NCBI GenBank assembly: GCA_963847375.1
Contig: CAWJZO010000002.1
Coordinates: forward strand, 313,082 to 377,081
From: an uncultured Chloroflexia bacterium
Lineage (GTDB): Bacteria; Chloroflexota; Limnocylindria; QHBO01
DNA: 64,000 nucleotides
Direction of reading: 5' to 3'
Part shown: positions 7,329 through 17,213 of the stretch, one piece after another
How positions within the stretch are numbered: the first letter of the stretch is position 1
Layout: each line of letters begins with the position of its first letter
Notes under the pieces: generated by a model
The model's input: the letters and a program-made list of their open reading frames with translations, nothing else
Database searches by the model: none
What the model was told of the DNA's origin: nothing
Made by a program: the position numbers and the translations under genes

Positions 7329-8606
7329 ATGACCGATGCGGCCCGATCCGTTCAGCGCGTCTATCTCGTCCTGACGCTGCTGACGACGCTGGCCGCCTCG
7401 TTCATCTGGGGCGTCAACACGCTCTTCCTGCTCGACGCCGGCCTTAGCAACGCGGAGGCCTTCGCGGCGAACGCGTTCTTCAGTGTCGGCATGGTCCTCT
7501 TCGAGGTCCCGACCGGCGTGGTGGCCGATACCCGCGGCCGGCGCTTCAGCTTTCTCCTCGGCGCCGCGACCCTGCTGCTCTCGACGCTGCTGTACCTGTA
7601 CATGTGGAACGTCAGCGCCCCGTTCTGGGCCTGGGCGATCGCATCGGCGCTGCTGGGGCTCGGCTTCACGTTCTTCTCCGGCGCGACCGAGGCCTGGCTG
7701 GTCGACGCGCTGACCGCGACCGGCTACACGAAGGACCTCGAGACGGTCTTCGGGCGGGCACAGATGGTGGCCGGCGGCGCGATGCTCGTCGGCACCGTGC
7801 TTGGCGGCGTGATCGCGCAGGTCAGCGACCTCGGCGTGCCCTACATCGTGCGAGCCGCGATGCTGGGCATCACCCTCCTCGTCGCCTTCCGCTTCATGCA
7901 CGACATCGGCTTCAAGCCCGACCGCGAGGCGAGCCCGGGGACGGCGGTGCGAACCGTCGTCCAGGGCGCGGTGGACGGGGGCCTGCGCAACCGTCCCGTG
8001 CGGTGGCTGATGCTGGCGGGGCCCTTCGTGACGGGCGTGGGCTTCTATGCCTTCTACGCCTTCCAGCCCTACCTGCTTCAGCTCTACGGCGACCCAAACG
8101 CGTACAGCATCGCCGGCCTGGCGGCCGCGATCATCGCCGGGGCCCAGATCCTCGGCGGATTCGCGGTGCCATGGGCGCGCCGCCTCTTCGCGCGCCGCAC
8201 CCACTTCCTCATCTTCGCGACGGGCGTCAGCGTGCTGATGCTGGCCGCGATCGGCCTCACGGACAGCTTCGTCGTGGCGCTGGTGATCCTGACGATCTGG
8301 TGCGTGATCGCCGCCATCGAGGATCCGATGCGTCGCGCCTTCATCAACCCGCTCATCCCCACTGAACAGCGGGCGACGGTGCTGTCGTTCGACTCGATGG
8401 TCGGATCGGCCGGCGGCGTGGTCATCCAGCCGGTGCTCGGTCGCACGGCCGATGTGTTCGGCTACGGCACCTCGTACCTCGCAGCGGCCGGCATCCAGGC
8501 GCTGGCGCTGCCGTTCGCGCTGCTCGCGCGACGGGAGAACGCGCCGTCCGATCTGATCAGGGCCGAGCTGGAGGAGGCTGCCGCCGAGGTGACGCCCGCG
8601 GCCTAG
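7329..8606 (+). CDS. MFS transporter
   Basis: FEVPTGVVADTRGRR motif A, SGATEAW, RATVLS; about 12 TM. Confidence 0.9.
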   Translation: MTDAARSVQRVYLVLTLLTTLAASFIWGVNTLFLLDAGLSNAEAFAANAFFSVGMVLFEVPTGVVADTRGRRFSFLLGAATLLLSTLLYLYMWNVSAPFWAWAIASALLGLGFTFFSGATEAWLVDALTATGYTKDLETVFGRAQMVAGGAMLVGTVLGGVIAQVSDLGVPYIVRAAMLGITLLVAFRFMHDIGFKPDREASPGTAVRTVVQGAVDGGLRNRPVRWLMLAGPFVTGVGFYAFYAFQPYLLQLYGDPNAYSIAGLAAAIIAGAQILGGFAVPWARRLFARRTHFLIFATGVSVLMLAAIGLTDSFVVALVILTIWCVIAAIEDPMRRAFINPLIPTEQRATVLSFDSMVGSAGGVVIQPVLGRTADVFGYGTSYLAAAGIQALALPFALLARRENAPSDLIRAELEEAAAEVTPAA

Positions 8607-8615
8607 GGAAGCGTG

Positions 8616-9527
8616 CTACGGGCAGCGGATGTTGCGGTCGAGGCCGTCCTCGACCCACTGGACAATCCGCAGCTCGCCGCCGGTGAAGCCATCGCGGTCG
8701 CAGCGTTCCTCGGCATCGGCCCGGTTCCGCGCGCCGGCGTGCCAGGCCGCGTAGTCGGCGAAGTCGTCGGTGCCGTGGGTGACACGCCACCACAGCAGTG
8801 GCGTCGAGTAGAACCCGACCTCGGCGACGTCCATCGACTCGAGGAAGTCGACCGCACCGTGGAGCGCGGCGACGTTCAGGGTCCGATCGCTGCGCCAGCT
8901 GTTCGCGGTCTCGACGTCGAGCCACCAGGTCGCGTCGCCCGCGACGCGGTCGTCGCCCACATCCGCCCAGCCGAGGGAGACGTGGGCGGCCAGGACGCGG
9001 CCGTACCCATCGGCCGCCGCATTCCAGCCGTAGAGGTAGGCGCACTGATGCGAGTTGTCGTCATCCTGATCACAGGTGATCGGCTCCGACTCCCCGGCCG
9101 GCCAGAATCGCGAGTGGTCAGGCCCAGGGTTCGCGGTGTTGAGGTACAGGTCGGCACGCGGACCCGCCCACTCGAGCTGGGTGGCGAGGCAAGTGTTCTC
9201 GCTGTACGTGCGACCGTGGTTGACGCCGACGATCGCAAAGCCGAACGAGTCCGGCAGCTCGTCGTTGCACTGCGGCCAGGACACGTCGATACCGACCGGA
9301 TCGGGAGCGCGCGGCGGGATGGTCGTGCGCGTCGGTGCCGGAATCGGGCGAGTCGGTGACGCGTCCGTCGCCGGTCGCGGAGTGGGCGTCGGCTCGAGCT
9401 CGAAGAGGTCGGCCGGGTCGTACGCGGCGACCGGCCCGGCGCTCACGACGAGCAGCATCACGGGGCCCAGAGCGGCGGCCACGGTCCGTCGGGCACGGGT
9501 ACGGAACGAGAACCTGCGCACGTGCAT
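8616..9527 (-). CDS. Secreted GH25/DUF1906-like glycoside hydrolase (possible peptidoglycan hydrolase)
   Basis: Signal peptide ending PVAA, Pro/Thr linker, GIDVSWPQC, WWLDVET (DxE), GFYST, C-terminal QW...D.N. Start codon uncertain. Confidence 0.6.
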   Translation of the reverse strand: MHVRRFSFRTRARRTVAAALGPVMLLVVSAGPVAAYDPADLFELEPTPTPRPATDASPTRPIPAPTRTTIPPRAPDPVGIDVSWPQCNDELPDSFGFAIVGVNHGRTYSENTCLATQLEWAGPRADLYLNTANPGPDHSRFWPAGESEPITCDQDDDNSHQCAYLYGWNAAADGYGRVLAAHVSLGWADVGDDRVAGDATWWLDVETANSWRSDRTLNVAALHGAVDFLESMDVAEVGFYSTPLLWWRVTHGTDDFADYAAWHAGARNRADAEERCDRDGFTGGELRIVQWVEDGLDRNIRCP

Positions 9528-9609
9528 CGAGGCCCTACCCTACCGCGATGATGGATCGCTCGCAACGGCGAAGTCACCGAATCAGTGGAACCACAGGTAC
9601 TATCGGCCC

Positions 9610-10425
9610 ATGGGCGTGACGCTACCCTCGGGAACGGTCACTTTCGTGTTCAGCGACATGGTTGGGAGCACGACGCTGCTCAAGCAGCTCGGCGACATCG
9701 AGTACGCGACCCTGCTGGCGGTGCATCGGCGGCTCGTGCGCGAGATCTTCGCCGCCCACGAGGGCCAGGAGATCGACACCCAGGGTGACGCGTTCTTCTA
9801 CTCCTTCGTCCGCGCCCGCCAGGCGGTGGCGGCGGCGGTCGAGGTCACGCGGGCGCACGCCAAGGGGACGTGGCCTGGTGGCGTGGAGGTGCGCATCCGT
9901 CTTGGCCTGCACACCGGCGAGCCGGCGGTCGGCGACGAGGGTTACACCGGCCTCGACGTCGTGCGCGCCTCGCGAATCGCCGCCACTGGCGCCGGCGGCC
10001 AGGTGCTGCTGTCGGACACGACGCGGGCCATCGTGGCCGGCGACCTCGGCGACGGTGTCGAGCTTCAACCCCTCGGCGAGCGCCAGCTCAAGGACATCGA
10101 CCTGCCTGAGCCGATCTTCGAGCTCGTCATCGACGGCGTGAGCGGGTCAGCACCGGAGCAGTTGAGCGAAGCGGCCACGCCCGAGCCGGGTCGCTCCGAG
10201 TTCGCCCGCCGCACCCGCGAGCTGATCGAGTCCCGAGTCCTTTCGCAGCTCGACAAGACCTTCGGCGAGGGCTTCCTCACCCAGTCGCCGCCACCGCCCG
10301 AGCGGTCCGGCCGAGCGATGGCGAAGGAGATCCAACGGCTCAAGGACCTCCACGAGGACGGCGCGCTGACCGACGATCAGTACCAGCGCGCGGTGGATCG
10401 GCTGCTCGACGGCGACGCGCAGTAG
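9610..10425 (+). CDS. Class III adenylate/guanylate cyclase domain protein with C-terminal SHOCT-like domain
   Basis: TFVFSDMVGST, TQGDAF, RLGLHTGE and GGQVLLS motifs. C-terminus EIQRLKDLHEDGALTDDQYQRAVDRLL. Start ATG 6 nt after TACTAT. Confidence 0.85.
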   Translation: MGVTLPSGTVTFVFSDMVGSTTLLKQLGDIEYATLLAVHRRLVREIFAAHEGQEIDTQGDAFFYSFVRARQAVAAAVEVTRAHAKGTWPGGVEVRIRLGLHTGEPAVGDEGYTGLDVVRASRIAATGAGGQVLLSDTTRAIVAGDLGDGVELQPLGERQLKDIDLPEPIFELVIDGVSGSAPEQLSEAATPEPGRSEFARRTRELIESRVLSQLDKTFGEGFLTQSPPPPERSGRAMAKEIQRLKDLHEDGALTDDQYQRAVDRLLDGDAQ

Positions 10426-10431
10426 CCTCAG

Positions 10432-13149
10432 CTAGGAGGCGCGCGACAGCTCCGACGGCCGGAGCGCCTCCTCGAGGGGAACGGGGCGTGAGAAGAGGAA
10501 GCCCTGTGCGTGCCGGAAGCCGAGCTCCATGAGCGCCTCGCGCTGGGCCTCGTGCTCGACGCCCTCGACGATCGTGCCAAGGCCGAGCTTCTCGGCGATG
10601 TGGCCGATCGCCCGCAGCACCTCCTGGCGCTGCGGCTCGACATGCACCTGCTCGACGAGCGATCGGTCGATCTTGAGGATGTCGATCGGCAGACGGCCGA
10701 GGTACTCGAGCGACGAGTAGCCCGAGCCGAAGTCGTCGAGGGCGATGCGCACGCCGAGGCGCTGGATCGCATGGAGCTCGCCCTCGGCGCCGGCGCCCGC
10801 CGATGCGATCGTGCTCTCGGTCAGCTCGAGCATGAGGCGCGACGGCTTCAGCCCGGTCTCGGCCAGCACGCTCTCGACGACCCCCGAGAGCTCGCCACCG
10901 CCGAGCTGGTGGGCCGACACGTTGACCGAGACGAGCGTGTCCCCGCCCGCGAGGTCGGTGCACGCACGGCGCAGGACCCAGTCGCCGAGACGGCTGATCA
11001 AGCGGTTCTCCTCGGCCAGCGGGATGAAGTCGGCCGGCATGAGTGGCCCGAGCTGCGGATGGTTCCAGCGCACGAGCGCCTCGAGGCCGAACCGAGACAG
11101 GCTGCGCAGGTCGACGATCGGCTGGTACTCGAGGAACAGCTCGTCATCGTCCAGCGCCCGCGCCAGCGCCACGCCGAGCTCGCGGCGACGGGCGGCTGTG
11201 TCCTCCATGCCGCGGTCAAAGACGCGCACACGACCCTTTCCGAGGGCTTTCGCGGCGTACATCGCGGTGTCGGCATCACGCAGCAGCTCGTCCGCCGCGG
11301 CCGTCGAATCGGCCTCTTCGATCGGTCCGGCGCGAACCGCGATTCCGACGCTGGCGGACAGGGTCACCGTGCCCTCGCCGAGCTCGAAGGGTGCGGCCAG
11401 CGCCTCGAGAATTCGTTCCGCGACGCGCTCCGCGCGAGGAGTCGTGGAGTCCTCGAGCAGGAAGGCGAACTCGTCGCCGCCCAACCGGCACGCGCTGTCT
11501 TCGGCGCGCAGGACGCCGCGCAGTCGCGCGGCGACGAGGCGCAGGAGACGGTCGCCGACGGCGTGGCCGTGTCGGTCGTTGACGTCCTTGAAGTCGTCGA
11601 GGTCCACGAACAGCACGGCGAGCCCGTTTGTGGCGCGCGCGCGGCGCACGAGGGCGTGCGAGAGGCGGTCGACGAAGAGCACCCGGTTCGGGAGACCGGT
11701 CAGCGGGTCGTGGAGCGCCTGGTGCCGGAGCTGCTCCTCGAGGTCCTTGCGATCGCTGATGTCGACGAGGATGCCCTGCACCATGATCGGTCGACCGTCA
11801 GCGTCGCGGCTGATCACCGCCTCGTCGTCGATGACCCACACGACGCGGCCGTCGCGAGCGATCAGTCGATACTCCCAGCGTCCCTGCTGGTCGGTGCGCT
11901 CGAAGTCGTCGTTCTCCGCGGCGATCATCCGGTCGCGATCGGCCGGGTGCATGCGGGTCATCCAGAGGGTCGGGTCGCGCATCCACTCCTCGGCGCTGTA
12001 GCCGAGGAGGTCCTTGATCTTGGGGCTGACGAAATGCCAGCGGCCGTGTTGTCCGGCCTCAGCGACGTAGACGACGCCGGGGACGCGCTCGACGACGGAT
12101 CGATACTGCGCCTCGGCCACGGTCAGCTCGTCGGATAGCCGACGCTCGCTGCCGATGACTCGCTCGCGATCAACGAGCAGAAGCGCCTGGCGAGCGAGGA
12201 ACGAGACCATGGCGGTCCCGATGGCGACGGCCACCCCGATTCGCGCCGGCCCGACCATCGTCTCGGGTTGCGAGATGAGCAGCACCCCCATCGCGCCCGT
12301 CAGGAGTGCGCTGCCCATTGGCAGCACGGCCCGCAATGTGTCGGCGATCCGCAGATTGCGAGGCGACTGCTCCTCGAGGTCGGTCCACGCGCCACCACCG
12401 TGGCCGGCCAGCAGCGCGCCGGCGGCCACGGTGACATGCATCGCCGTTGTGACGGGTTCGGGGCCGGTCACGGTCAAGAGCCCGATGAAGCCGATGGCAC
12501 CCAGTGCGAGCCCGGCGAGGATCTCCCACGCGCCGATGAACCGAAATGGCACATGCATGGCGAGGTCGAGCAGGAGGGTCGCCGCGAGCACTCCGGCGAA
12601 GAAGGCGCCGTGCGCCATCGCACCGCCGATCAACGGGTCACCGTCAACGAGGCTCGAGCCGATCAAGACCACTGCGGCCATGAGGCCGAAGAAGACAGCG
12701 GCAGCATCGAGGTAGAGCGCGGCCTCTTCTGCCGGCCGCAGCCGCCCTCGGACGGCGGCGATGTATGCACCGACGGCGACGACGGCGAGGCCGACGACGC
12801 TCAGCTCGGCAAGGAGCGCCGGCTGGCCGGTCCAAGCACCGACCAGACGCGCGGTCTCTGAACCAAGCCAGACCCCCATCGCCAGCGTGATCCAGCCCCG
12901 CGCGCGCCGGCGTCGCCCTTCGGCGCCTTGCCAGCCGCGAAATGCGAACGCGAATGCGATCGCAGCCGCCACGAGGCGGACGAGTTGCGGCCCCGCCAGA
13001 TCGACGGTCGCGACGATCCCGGCCGCGACCGCTCCGCCGATCCCCAAGCCAATGAGCACGATCGCCCGCCGGGTGCTTCCGGCGGGCGCGAGCGGCACGG
13101 GGAAATCCTCACTCAGGGTCATCGAGACGGATTCCGTCTCGTCAGGCAC
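10432..13149 (-). CDS. Membrane-bound PAS-GGDEF-EAL diguanylate cyclase/phosphodiesterase
   Basis: Multi-TM N-terminus, PAS (HPADR), HDPLTGLPNR, DLDDFKDVND, RLGGDEF, LEALVRW, DDFGSGYSSL, KIDRS, EGVE. Confidence 0.93.
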   Translation of the reverse strand: MPDETESVSMTLSEDFPVPLAPAGSTRRAIVLIGLGIGGAVAAGIVATVDLAGPQLVRLVAAAIAFAFAFRGWQGAEGRRRRARGWITLAMGVWLGSETARLVGAWTGQPALLAELSVVGLAVVAVGAYIAAVRGRLRPAEEAALYLDAAAVFFGLMAAVVLIGSSLVDGDPLIGGAMAHGAFFAGVLAATLLLDLAMHVPFRFIGAWEILAGLALGAIGFIGLLTVTGPEPVTTAMHVTVAAGALLAGHGGGAWTDLEEQSPRNLRIADTLRAVLPMGSALLTGAMGVLLISQPETMVGPARIGVAVAIGTAMVSFLARQALLLVDRERVIGSERRLSDELTVAEAQYRSVVERVPGVVYVAEAGQHGRWHFVSPKIKDLLGYSAEEWMRDPTLWMTRMHPADRDRMIAAENDDFERTDQQGRWEYRLIARDGRVVWVIDDEAVISRDADGRPIMVQGILVDISDRKDLEEQLRHQALHDPLTGLPNRVLFVDRLSHALVRRARATNGLAVLFVDLDDFKDVNDRHGHAVGDRLLRLVAARLRGVLRAEDSACRLGGDEFAFLLEDSTTPRAERVAERILEALAAPFELGEGTVTLSASVGIAVRAGPIEEADSTAAADELLRDADTAMYAAKALGKGRVRVFDRGMEDTAARRRELGVALARALDDDELFLEYQPIVDLRSLSRFGLEALVRWNHPQLGPLMPADFIPLAEENRLISRLGDWVLRRACTDLAGGDTLVSVNVSAHQLGGGELSGVVESVLAETGLKPSRLMLELTESTIASAGAGAEGELHAIQRLGVRIALDDFGSGYSSLEYLGRLPIDILKIDRSLVEQVHVEPQRQEVLRAIGHIAEKLGLGTIVEGVEHEAQREALMELGFRHAQGFLFSRPVPLEEALRPSELSRAS

Positions 13150-13210
13150 GCTCCCATCGGGCGGAGCCTACGGGTGAGACGGCCCTGAGGGGATGGCCCG
13201 AAGGTACCGA

Positions 13211-13678
13211 TCAGGCCTCGCGGCGGACCCGGGCGGCCAGGCTCCGACCCAGCCGCGAGCTCACGCGCGCGGCAGTCTGGGCGGAACGCCAGGTGATCCG
13301 CGCGGCCCGGCGCCCCAGCCACGCGTAGGTCATGCGGATCGTGCGCAGGTCGTCATCCAGCGCCCGCGGATCCAGGCCGGCCCGGGCGAGGGCGGCCTCG
13401 CGATCCGCGGGGGGCAGGCCGGTCAGCGCGTGACGGATGGCCAGGAGCACGACGAGGGCATCGTCGAGCTGACCGACGACCGGGATGATGCCCGGCACCA
13501 GGTCGATCGGCGAGACGAGATAGGCCGCGCCGGCGAGCAGTGCCGCCTGCCGCGCGCGCGACAGCCGGTCGTCGCGCGCCAGGTGCCACGCCAGGCGCGC
13601 GTACTTCGGGAAGCGTCCAACGAGCCCGATGAACCGGTCGCGTGGGAATGGGTCGCCGGGGCTCTTCTCGCCGCTCAC
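13211..13678 (-). CDS. YkvA/DUF1232 family membrane protein
   Basis: AYLVSPIDLVPGIIPVVGQLDD signature. Confidence 0.85.
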   Translation of the reverse strand: MSGEKSPGDPFPRDRFIGLVGRFPKYARLAWHLARDDRLSRARQAALLAGAAYLVSPIDLVPGIIPVVGQLDDALVVLLAIRHALTGLPPADREAALARAGLDPRALDDDLRTIRMTYAWLGRRAARITWRSAQTAARVSSRLGRSLAARVRREA

Positions 13679-13682
13679 GTCG

Positions 13683-15110
13683 TCAGCGGGCGTAGCGGAT
13701 GCCGCCGCCGCGACGTTCCTTGTTCAGCCGCCGGTTGAGGTGGAGGCCCTCGAGGACGAACTCGATCGCCGAGGCGACACCCGCCGGCGACTCCCCGGCG
13801 TCCAGCCGCGCGACGGCCGATCGCAGCTCGGGCACCGCGTCCGCCAGCGCGCCGTGGGCGACCGAGGGGACGAACTCGCCGACCTCGGCCTGGAGCCCTT
13901 CTTCCTCGAAGCGGTCGATGAGCGGCGCGAGCTCGCTGAGCGCGAAGTGGCGGTTAAAGACGTTGACCACCGCGCGAGCCACGAGCTTCTCGACCACGCG
14001 GTCCTCGCGCGTCTCGTCGCCAAGCGTCTCGAGCTCGATCTTCCCTGCCGTTGACGCCACGACCGCGGGCAGGTCGCTGATCCGCGGCGCGGCCGCCGGC
14101 TCCCCGAGCCGCACCGCCCGCTTCAGCGCGGCCGCCGCCAGCGTCTCGTGGTTGGAGATCGTCACCCGCACGCTGACACCGGAGCGCTGACTGACCTCGG
14201 ACGATCGGCGCGCCAGCTGTGACAGCTCGGCAATGACCTCCTTCATGAAGCCGGGAACCTGGACCGGGATGGATCGGTCGTCATCGGTATCGAAGGCGAT
14301 CGCCTCGGCGTCGACGATCGCCATCTCGGTGTCGCTCTCCTCCGGGTAGTGCGTCCGGATCTGCGCGCCGAATCGGTCCTTCAGCGGCGTGATGATCCGC
14401 CCGCGGCTGGTGTAGTCCTCGGGGTTCGCGCTGGCGATCACGAACAGGTCGAGCTCCAGGCGCACTCGGTAGCCACGCACCTGGACATCGCGCTCCTCCA
14501 TCACGTTGAGCAGGCCCACCTGGATTCGCTCGGCCAGGTCCGGCAGCTCGTTGAGGCTGAAGATGGCCCGATGCGTCCGCGGCAGCAGCCCATAGTGGAT
14601 CGTGAGCTCGTCGGACAGGTAGCGGCCCTCGGCCACCTTGACCGGGTCCACCTCGCCGATGAGGTCGGCGATGCTGATGTCCGGGGTGCTGAGCTTCTCG
14701 CTGTACCGATCCTCCGCCGACCACCAGCCGATGCGGGCCGCGTCGCCCTCCTCCTCGAGGATCTGGCGCGCCAACGGCGAGACCGGATGGAACGGGTCGT
14801 CGTGGAGCTCGGTGCCGGCAAGGTACGGCAGCCAGGGGTCGAGCAGGCCGACGAGGCTCCGCGCGATGCGGCTCTTGGCCTGCCCGCGCTCACCGAGCAG
14901 GATGACGTCCTGGCCCGCGAGGATCGCGTTCTCGAGCTGCGGCAGGACGGACTCGTCGTAGCCGAGGATCCCGGGCAGGAATGGGCGTCCCTCGCGCAGG
15001 TGCGCGAGCAAGTTGGCCCGCATCTCCTCCTTGACGCTCCGCGGTCGCCACCCCGATGCGCGGAGTTCGCCGAGCATGGTGTCGGCTGGGCGATCGGGCT
15101 GCGCGATCAT
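13683..15110 (-). CDS. Magnesium-chelatase-subunit-like AAA+ ATPase
   Basis: GERGQAKSR Walker A, LNELPDL Walker B, SANPEDYTSRGRIITPLKDRFG, QRSGVSVR. Confidence 0.85.
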   Translation of the reverse strand: MIAQPDRPADTMLGELRASGWRPRSVKEEMRANLLAHLREGRPFLPGILGYDESVLPQLENAILAGQDVILLGERGQAKSRIARSLVGLLDPWLPYLAGTELHDDPFHPVSPLARQILEEEGDAARIGWWSAEDRYSEKLSTPDISIADLIGEVDPVKVAEGRYLSDELTIHYGLLPRTHRAIFSLNELPDLAERIQVGLLNVMEERDVQVRGYRVRLELDLFVIASANPEDYTSRGRIITPLKDRFGAQIRTHYPEESDTEMAIVDAEAIAFDTDDDRSIPVQVPGFMKEVIAELSQLARRSSEVSQRSGVSVRVTISNHETLAAAALKRAVRLGEPAAAPRISDLPAVVASTAGKIELETLGDETREDRVVEKLVARAVVNVFNRHFALSELAPLIDRFEEEGLQAEVGEFVPSVAHGALADAVPELRSAVARLDAGESPAGVASAIEFVLEGLHLNRRLNKERRGGGIRYAR

Positions 15111-15329
15111 CGTCAGAGCCTACCATCCGCGACCGATCGGGCCGTGCGCGCCGGGCGGGTGGTCCGGGCGGAGACGTGTCCGCGTTTGCCGCATGGACCA
15201 TCGATCCAATCGATGCGCGGTCGGCGCGACAACTCGCTCCCGACAGCTGCAGCGGAAGGGGGTTCATGCGGCGATCCCTTCCACGACGCGGGGATACCCC
15301 ATTCGCACCACGCGGGAGGTGATGTCCCC

Positions 15330-16179
15330 GTGACCCCGGGGGACGAGCCGGAGACCCTCATCAGGCGGACGCGACGAGCCCGATCTGAGCGTGAAACGGC
15401 CGTACATCCCCGGCTACACCCGGCAGGGCGGCGGCTACTACATCTACGCCAACGTGACGCCCGGGGCGGGCCCGGTGACGCGGGTGAGCGGTGACGTACG
15501 GACCCTGACGCTCGGGCAGTATATGGCTCCGCTCTCGGCCGGAGCCTTCAGCGTCGGCGGCGTGGCCTACGGGTGGCGGAGCGGGCCACTCACGGCCCAG
15601 AACCCGCTGACCGCGGCGTCGTATGCGTTCTCGGTGAGCGCTGCCGATGCGATGTCGCGCTGCAAGACCCGGACGTCGACGGTCATCGTCGATAACATGG
15701 CGCCCGTCCCGACAAATGTGCAGCCGGTGAACAAGGCGGCCGGAGTGGTCGGACGGATGGAGATCGCGGACACCATCGTCTACACCTTCTCGGAGACGAT
15801 CGACCCCGAGACGATCCTGGCAGGGTGGACGGGTGCCCCCACGAACGTCGTGGTTCGCCTCACCAACAACGCTGCGAACGACGCGGTCTCGGTCTGGAAT
15901 GCGGCAAACAACGCGCAGCTGCCGATGGGCTCCGTGGCGCTCGCGGGGAACCACACGGGGGTCAATCGCACCTTTGGCGCGACGGGCACGCCGTCGACCA
16001 TGGTCCAGAGCGGCACGACGATCACCGTCACCCTGGGCACGGCGTCCGGCGCCGTGAACACCCAGGCGGCGAACGCCCTCGCGGTGTGGACGACGTCTGC
16101 AGTGCCCACCGACCGCGCCGGGAACGCGTCCACGACGCCCGCTGTCAACGAGGGCGGCGCGCCCGACCCGAACTTCTAG
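15330..16179 (+). pseudogene. Probable remnant of a secreted Ig-like beta-sandwich protein
   Basis: ORF 15391..16179 is Thr/Ala/Asn/Gly-rich and extracellular-looking (VDNMAP, TFSETIDP, TDRAGN) but has no signal peptide. The strong RBS GGAGGTGA (15315) precedes GTG 15330 in a different frame. Confidence 0.45.
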
Positions 16180-17063
16180 CCACCGTACTCGCGGAGCGCA
16201 GCAGCCACACCAGGCGCATCGCAGATCCCCCGCTCGGCGAGAGCCTCGAGGTAGGAGACCCGCTCGGCGAGCTCAACCTCGAGCGCCGCCGGCGCCAGGC
16301 CGAGCGTCGGCGCCAGCACCGCGTAGGCCGCGGGGTCGTGAAGGAAGGGACGCGTCGACCGTCCGCCGTCCGACGACAGCATCGGGGGCGTGGGCAGGCG
16401 CTGGGCGCCCGTCAGCGAGGCCGATCGGCCGCCGTCGATCGCGCCGAGCCGGACAGGCGCCAGTGCGCCATCGGCATCAAGGCGAAGGTGCCAGGCCTCC
16501 TCGACGCGCCGATACATCCCGGCCGGCGTCAGGTAGGCCGAGTACTGGAGGTACACGGTGAGGCCGGCGAGGTCCGCATCGGTCGCGCCAAGTTGGGTCC
16601 GTAGGGTCTCGAGCGCCTCGGGAAGCGAGTCGGCGTGCATGGTGGCGCCGATCCCCCATCCCTTGCCGGCAAGCATCAGGGCGCCTCGGGCGGCTCGACC
16701 CCAAACGTAGACCGGCAGGTGGTCGCTCATCTCGTTGATGAGCAGGAACCCGGTGCCGGCGGGGATCTCGTCGAGCCAGTCGTACTCCTCCCACCGGCCG
16801 CGGACGAAGATGCCGGTCGTGTCGGCCGGGAGGAAGTCGACGAGCGCGCTCAGCAGCGTGGTCTTGCCGGCCTGCGGCGCCTCCGAACTGAGCATCACGC
16901 CGCGCCGTCGCGCGACGACCGCCCATAGCGTCGCCATCAGCCGGCTGTCGATGGTCGGAGTGCCGATCAGCTCGACCGCGCTCATCGGCACCGGCGGCTC
17001 CCAGTGATAGCCCCACCACCCATCGGGGAAGCGGGCAGACCAGGAGCGCTCGGGGCCTGTCAT
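16176..17063 (-). CDS. Stand-alone secretion-ATPase-like P-loop NTPase (VirB11/CpaF/GspE-like core)
   Basis: AGKTTLL Walker A, LLINE Walker B, ATMHA His box; lacks the usual N-terminal domain. Confidence 0.65.
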   Translation of the reverse strand: MTGPERSWSARFPDGWWGYHWEPPVPMSAVELIGTPTIDSRLMATLWAVVARRRGVMLSSEAPQAGKTTLLSALVDFLPADTTGIFVRGRWEEYDWLDEIPAGTGFLLINEMSDHLPVYVWGRAARGALMLAGKGWGIGATMHADSLPEALETLRTQLGATDADLAGLTVYLQYSAYLTPAGMYRRVEEAWHLRLDADGALAPVRLGAIDGGRSASLTGAQRLPTPPMLSSDGGRSTRPFLHDPAAYAVLAPTLGLAPAALEVELAERVSYLEALAERGICDAPGVAAALREYGG

Positions 17064-17137
17064 GGGTCGCCCACGGTAAGGGCGCTAGTAAGGTCGCGCA
17101 ACCGTGGAGGGCGAAGCCGCGCGCCGGGAGGGCCCGG

Positions 17138-17187
17138 CGGCGCTGTCGTCGGATATATCACTAACGATATAACTGGTGACAGCCGCG
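17138..17187. repeat. Palindromic element family B, copy 1: CTGTC..ATATATC-N6-GATATAA..GACAG
   Basis: gcgctgtcgtcggatatatcactaacgatataactggtgacagccgcg; homolog at 45424. Confidence 0.75.
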
Positions 17188-17213
17188 ATCGCCCCTAGGC
17201 AAAGGGCAGCCCG

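Noticed and set aside
15255-15300. Riboswitch in the leader (GGAAGGG/CCCTTCC hairpin)
   Set aside because: Single hairpin; I cannot match c-di-GMP, c-di-AMP or other riboswitch consensus features by eye.
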